Shown piece after piece: positions 61,897-64,000 of a DNA stretch of 64,000 bases (position 1 is its first letter; every line of letters begins with the position of its first letter). The DNA lies in the NCBI GenBank assembly GCA_035534495.1, contig DATLRW010000197.1, forward strand, positions 1,561 through 65,560, read 5' to 3'. The notes under the pieces are model-generated. The model worked only from the letters and a program-made list of their open reading frames with translations, made no database searches and had not been told where the DNA came from. The DNA comes from Candidatus Dormiibacterota bacterium. Its GTDB lineage: Bacteria; Acidobacteriota; Terriglobia; Acidiferrales; UBA7541. The position numbers and the translations under genes were made by a program.

Positions 61897-62922
61897 ATGG
61901 CAATCGTCCGCGAGAGTAGCGCCATCATCCGAGACGTGATGCCGGCCTTCGAGCTGTTTCAGCCGACCTCGATCGAGGAGGCGCTGTCCGTGCTGGCCCA
62001 ATACGGAACCGACGCGTGGGTGCTGGCGGGCGGGATCGACAGTTTCGACTGGCTGAAGGATCGCATCAAGCGCCCCAAGGCCGTGGTCGATCTCGGCCGG
62101 ATACGGGAACTTCGCGGAGTGCGGGAGCTGGCCGGGGGCGGCGTGGAAATCCGGGCAATGACGACTCTGACCGACGTTGTGCTCCATCCGGCGATCCGGA
62201 AAAGTTTCAAGCTCCTCGCCGATGCCGCCGAGTCCGCCGCCTCCCCGCAAATTCGCAACCAGGGAACCATCGGCGGAAACGTTTCCCAGGATACCCGCTG
62301 CTGGTATTACCGCAGCGGCTTCCCCTGTTACCGGGCCGGTGGAAATATCTGCTATGCGGATACGCCGTATGGCATGAATCGCGAGCACGCCATTTTGGGC
62401 GCGGCCCGCTGCGTCGCCGTCAGCCCGTCCGATTCGGCGCCGGCGATGGTGGCCCTGGAGGCGAAAATGCTGGTTCGCAACTCGAATGGCGAGCGGGCGG
62501 TCAATGCGGAGGATTACTTCATCGGCCCCGGGTTCGATATCACCCGCATGACGGTATTGAAGCAGGGGGATATTCTGACGGCCATTCGCATTCCCTCCGC
62601 CTGGGCGAACGCGTCTTTCTACTTTGAAAAGATCAGCGACCGGCCGGTGTGGGATTTCCCGATCGTCAACATCGCGGCGGCGAAGGTGATTTCCGGCGGA
62701 AAGATCCGGCGGATACGGCTGGTGGTGAACGGCGTGGCGGCCCACCCGTGGCGGCTGCGGCAGGTCGAAGAGGCCGTCACCGGACAGCCCGCCGATGAGC
62801 AGACCGGGGCCCGGGCGGGGGAATTGGCGATTGCCGACGCGGTCCCGCTGCAACACAACGGCTTCAAATTGCCCCTTATGAGAAACCTCGTGAAGCGCGC
62901 CATTTGCGCCACGCCGGCATAG
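61897..62922 (+). CDS. FAD-binding subunit of a xanthine-dehydrogenase-family enzyme (PaoB/CoxM-like)
   Basis: 341-aa ORF with F-x-L-x-Q-P-T-S-I-E-E-A-L, AGGIDSFDWLK and IRNQGTIGGNV, which form the molybdopterin-dehydrogenase FAD-binding pattern. GGGAG SD upstream. Confidence 0.85.
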   Translation: MAIVRESSAIIRDVMPAFELFQPTSIEEALSVLAQYGTDAWVLAGGIDSFDWLKDRIKRPKAVVDLGRIRELRGVRELAGGGVEIRAMTTLTDVVLHPAIRKSFKLLADAAESAASPQIRNQGTIGGNVSQDTRCWYYRSGFPCYRAGGNICYADTPYGMNREHAILGAARCVAVSPSDSAPAMVALEAKMLVRNSNGERAVNAEDYFIGPGFDITRMTVLKQGDILTAIRIPSAWANASFYFEKISDRPVWDFPIVNIAAAKVISGGKIRRIRLVVNGVAAHPWRLRQVEEAVTGQPADEQTGARAGELAIADAVPLQHNGFKLPLMRNLVKRAICATPA

Positions 62923-62934
62923 GAGGTCAGGCGC

Positions 62935-63786
62935 GTGCATATCATCCAGTGGGCAGCGAACCCGTGGGGCCAGATGGTGCCCATTCACATTGCGTGGGCG
63001 TTGATCTGGGTCTTTGCCATTGCCGGCCTGACATTCCTCATCGTCCATGCCATTTGGGTGCGCTATTTCGCCCGGCGGCAGGAATTCGCCGGCCCGGCGC
63101 TTTCCCCCGGGGCCGCTGCCGCGCTGCCTGCCAAAATCGAAAGGCACTCGCTGGCCGCGCGGCTATTCCACTGGGTGATGGCGGCGGCCATGCTCGTTCT
63201 TCTCTTTACGGCCTTTCTTCCGAAGGTCGGCGTACGCTTTTCATGGGTGACCTACCACTGGGTCGCCGGCCTGATCCTTCTGGCGTCGATCGTTTTCCAT
63301 ATCGTGCACGCTTCGTTCTTCCAGAATTTCGGCTCCATCTGGCCGGATAAGTCCGATCTCGCCGATGCCAGGAACAGAACCTTGCGCGCGCTGGGCCGCT
63401 CGGCCCCTCCGCCCCGGCGATTTGGCAAATATCCCTTCGAGAACAAGCTATACCATCTGATCATCGTGATCGCCGGGCTGGCCGTGGCCGTGACCGGCGC
63501 TTTTATGCTGTTCCGCGTCGAAACCCCGTTCCTGGCGCGGAATCCTTATATCCTGAGCGACATGACCTGGGGCTTCGTCTACGTGCTGCACGGCCTCGCC
63601 GGGGTCGGCTTGATCGCCCTGGTGACCGTGCATATCTATTTTGCCCTCCGGCCCGAAAAACTCCCCATCACAAAATCCATGATTTTTGGCTCGATCAGCC
63701 GCGATCATTTTCTCGAACAGCATGACCCGCAGCGCTGGGTGGTCTCCTCCGGAAACGCCGGAGCCGGGCCGTCCCGCGCCGATTGA
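62935..63786 (+). CDS. Membrane di-heme cytochrome b (FdnI / Ni-Fe-hydrogenase cytochrome b family)
   Basis: 283-aa ORF. The GTG start lies 8 nt after AGGAGG (62921-62926) and 13 nt after the FAD subunit stop. About 5 TM helices with His in RLFHWVM, YHWVAG, VFHIVH, VLHGLAG and VHIYF. Confidence 0.75.
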   Translation: MHIIQWAANPWGQMVPIHIAWALIWVFAIAGLTFLIVHAIWVRYFARRQEFAGPALSPGAAAALPAKIERHSLAARLFHWVMAAAMLVLLFTAFLPKVGVRFSWVTYHWVAGLILLASIVFHIVHASFFQNFGSIWPDKSDLADARNRTLRALGRSAPPPRRFGKYPFENKLYHLIIVIAGLAVAVTGAFMLFRVETPFLARNPYILSDMTWGFVYVLHGLAGVGLIALVTVHIYFALRPEKLPITKSMIFGSISRDHFLEQHDPQRWVVSSGNAGAGPSRAD

Positions 63787-63809
63787 CGTACAATTTCCCT
63801 CACGATCCG

Positions 63810-64000
63810 ATGACGCCGAACGATCTCAGAAGCCGCATTGACAAGATCGAGGAATGCTACGAATTCATGCTGGGCTACGCGGCGCGTGGGCTGCCGGGCG
63901 GCAATGGCGGCGCCTCGGACGAGCCGATGCGCCACCTGCTGGAGCAGGCCGCGGAGGCGCTCTCCGGGTTGCCGGATGTCTACCGGGCGGCGATCGATGA
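63810..64000 (+). CDS. Hypothetical protein, N-terminal fragment (3' end outside the window)
   Basis: ATG 63810 opens a frame (MTPNDLRSRIDKIEECYEFMLGYAARGLPGG...) that runs to the window end with high third-position GC. It is absent from the ORF track because no stop is reached. Confidence 0.4.
   Translation, partial: MTPNDLRSRIDKIEECYEFMLGYAARGLPGGNGGASDEPMRHLLEQAAEALSGLPDVYRAAID

Noticed and set aside
59189-61903. A 904-aa ORF on the minus strand spans the whole Mo-subunit gene.
   Set aside because: It is antisense to a CDS with clear xanthine-dehydrogenase-family motifs. The translation is Arg/Gly/Ala/Pro-rich low-complexity sequence with no motifs. Long stop-free antisense frames are expected in GC-rich DNA.

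Overview
This is a visibly GC-rich (not computed), densely coding bacterial chromosome segment with about 52 protein-coding genes on both strands. I recognise no rRNA, tRNA, CRISPR array, transposase, integrase or phage gene.

The content is mostly housekeeping:
- rsmB (partial), a PASTA protein, rpe and bamD
- a long minus-strand acyl-CoA operon: split B12 acyl-CoA mutase, an interrupted M50 protease, a carboxyltransferase, HMG-CoA lyase, enoyl-CoA hydratase and a thioesterase
- a TolC-family protein, pyrE, truA, two aldehyde dehydrogenases, leuCD and HtrA
- hrcA-grpE-dnaJ, prolyl oligopeptidase, rsmE, an ABC-2 exporter and lepB-carA-carB
- bacillithiol genes bshB1 and bshC, a LacD-type aldolase, yjbQ-hemW and a B12 radical-SAM enzyme
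- a TAT-exported PaoABC-like molybdo-flavoenzyme operon with an extra cytochrome b gene

The Gram-negative envelope genes, bacillithiol genes and high GC fit Acidobacteriota or a similar phylum, but that is only a guess.

I found no clear-cut new defence or mobile system. The most unusual material is:
1. The mutase large subunit carries the Phe/Gln substrate signature of isobutyryl-CoA-type mutases. It sits in a leucine-catabolism-like operon, and its two subunit genes are separated by an M50 protease gene containing a single in-frame TGA.
2. An accessory-looking block at 52.0-56.8 kb encodes five uncharacterised proteins: a YjhX/TopAI-like small protein, a Met/Gly/Gln-repeat Spy/CpxP-like periplasmic protein, a 4x zinc-ribbon protein, a secreted Thr/Gln/Asn-Gly repeat protein and a zinc-ribbon plus helical protein.
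3. The periplasmic Mo-hydroxylase has a dedicated cytochrome b and a leader hairpin that may occlude its ribosome-binding site.
4. A kinase-less PASTA protein occupies the PrkC slot between rsmB and rpe.
5. carA has no canonical in-frame start codon.

Many long alternative-frame and antisense ORFs in the supplied track are GC-content artefacts. All homology statements rest on motif recognition by eye, with no database search.
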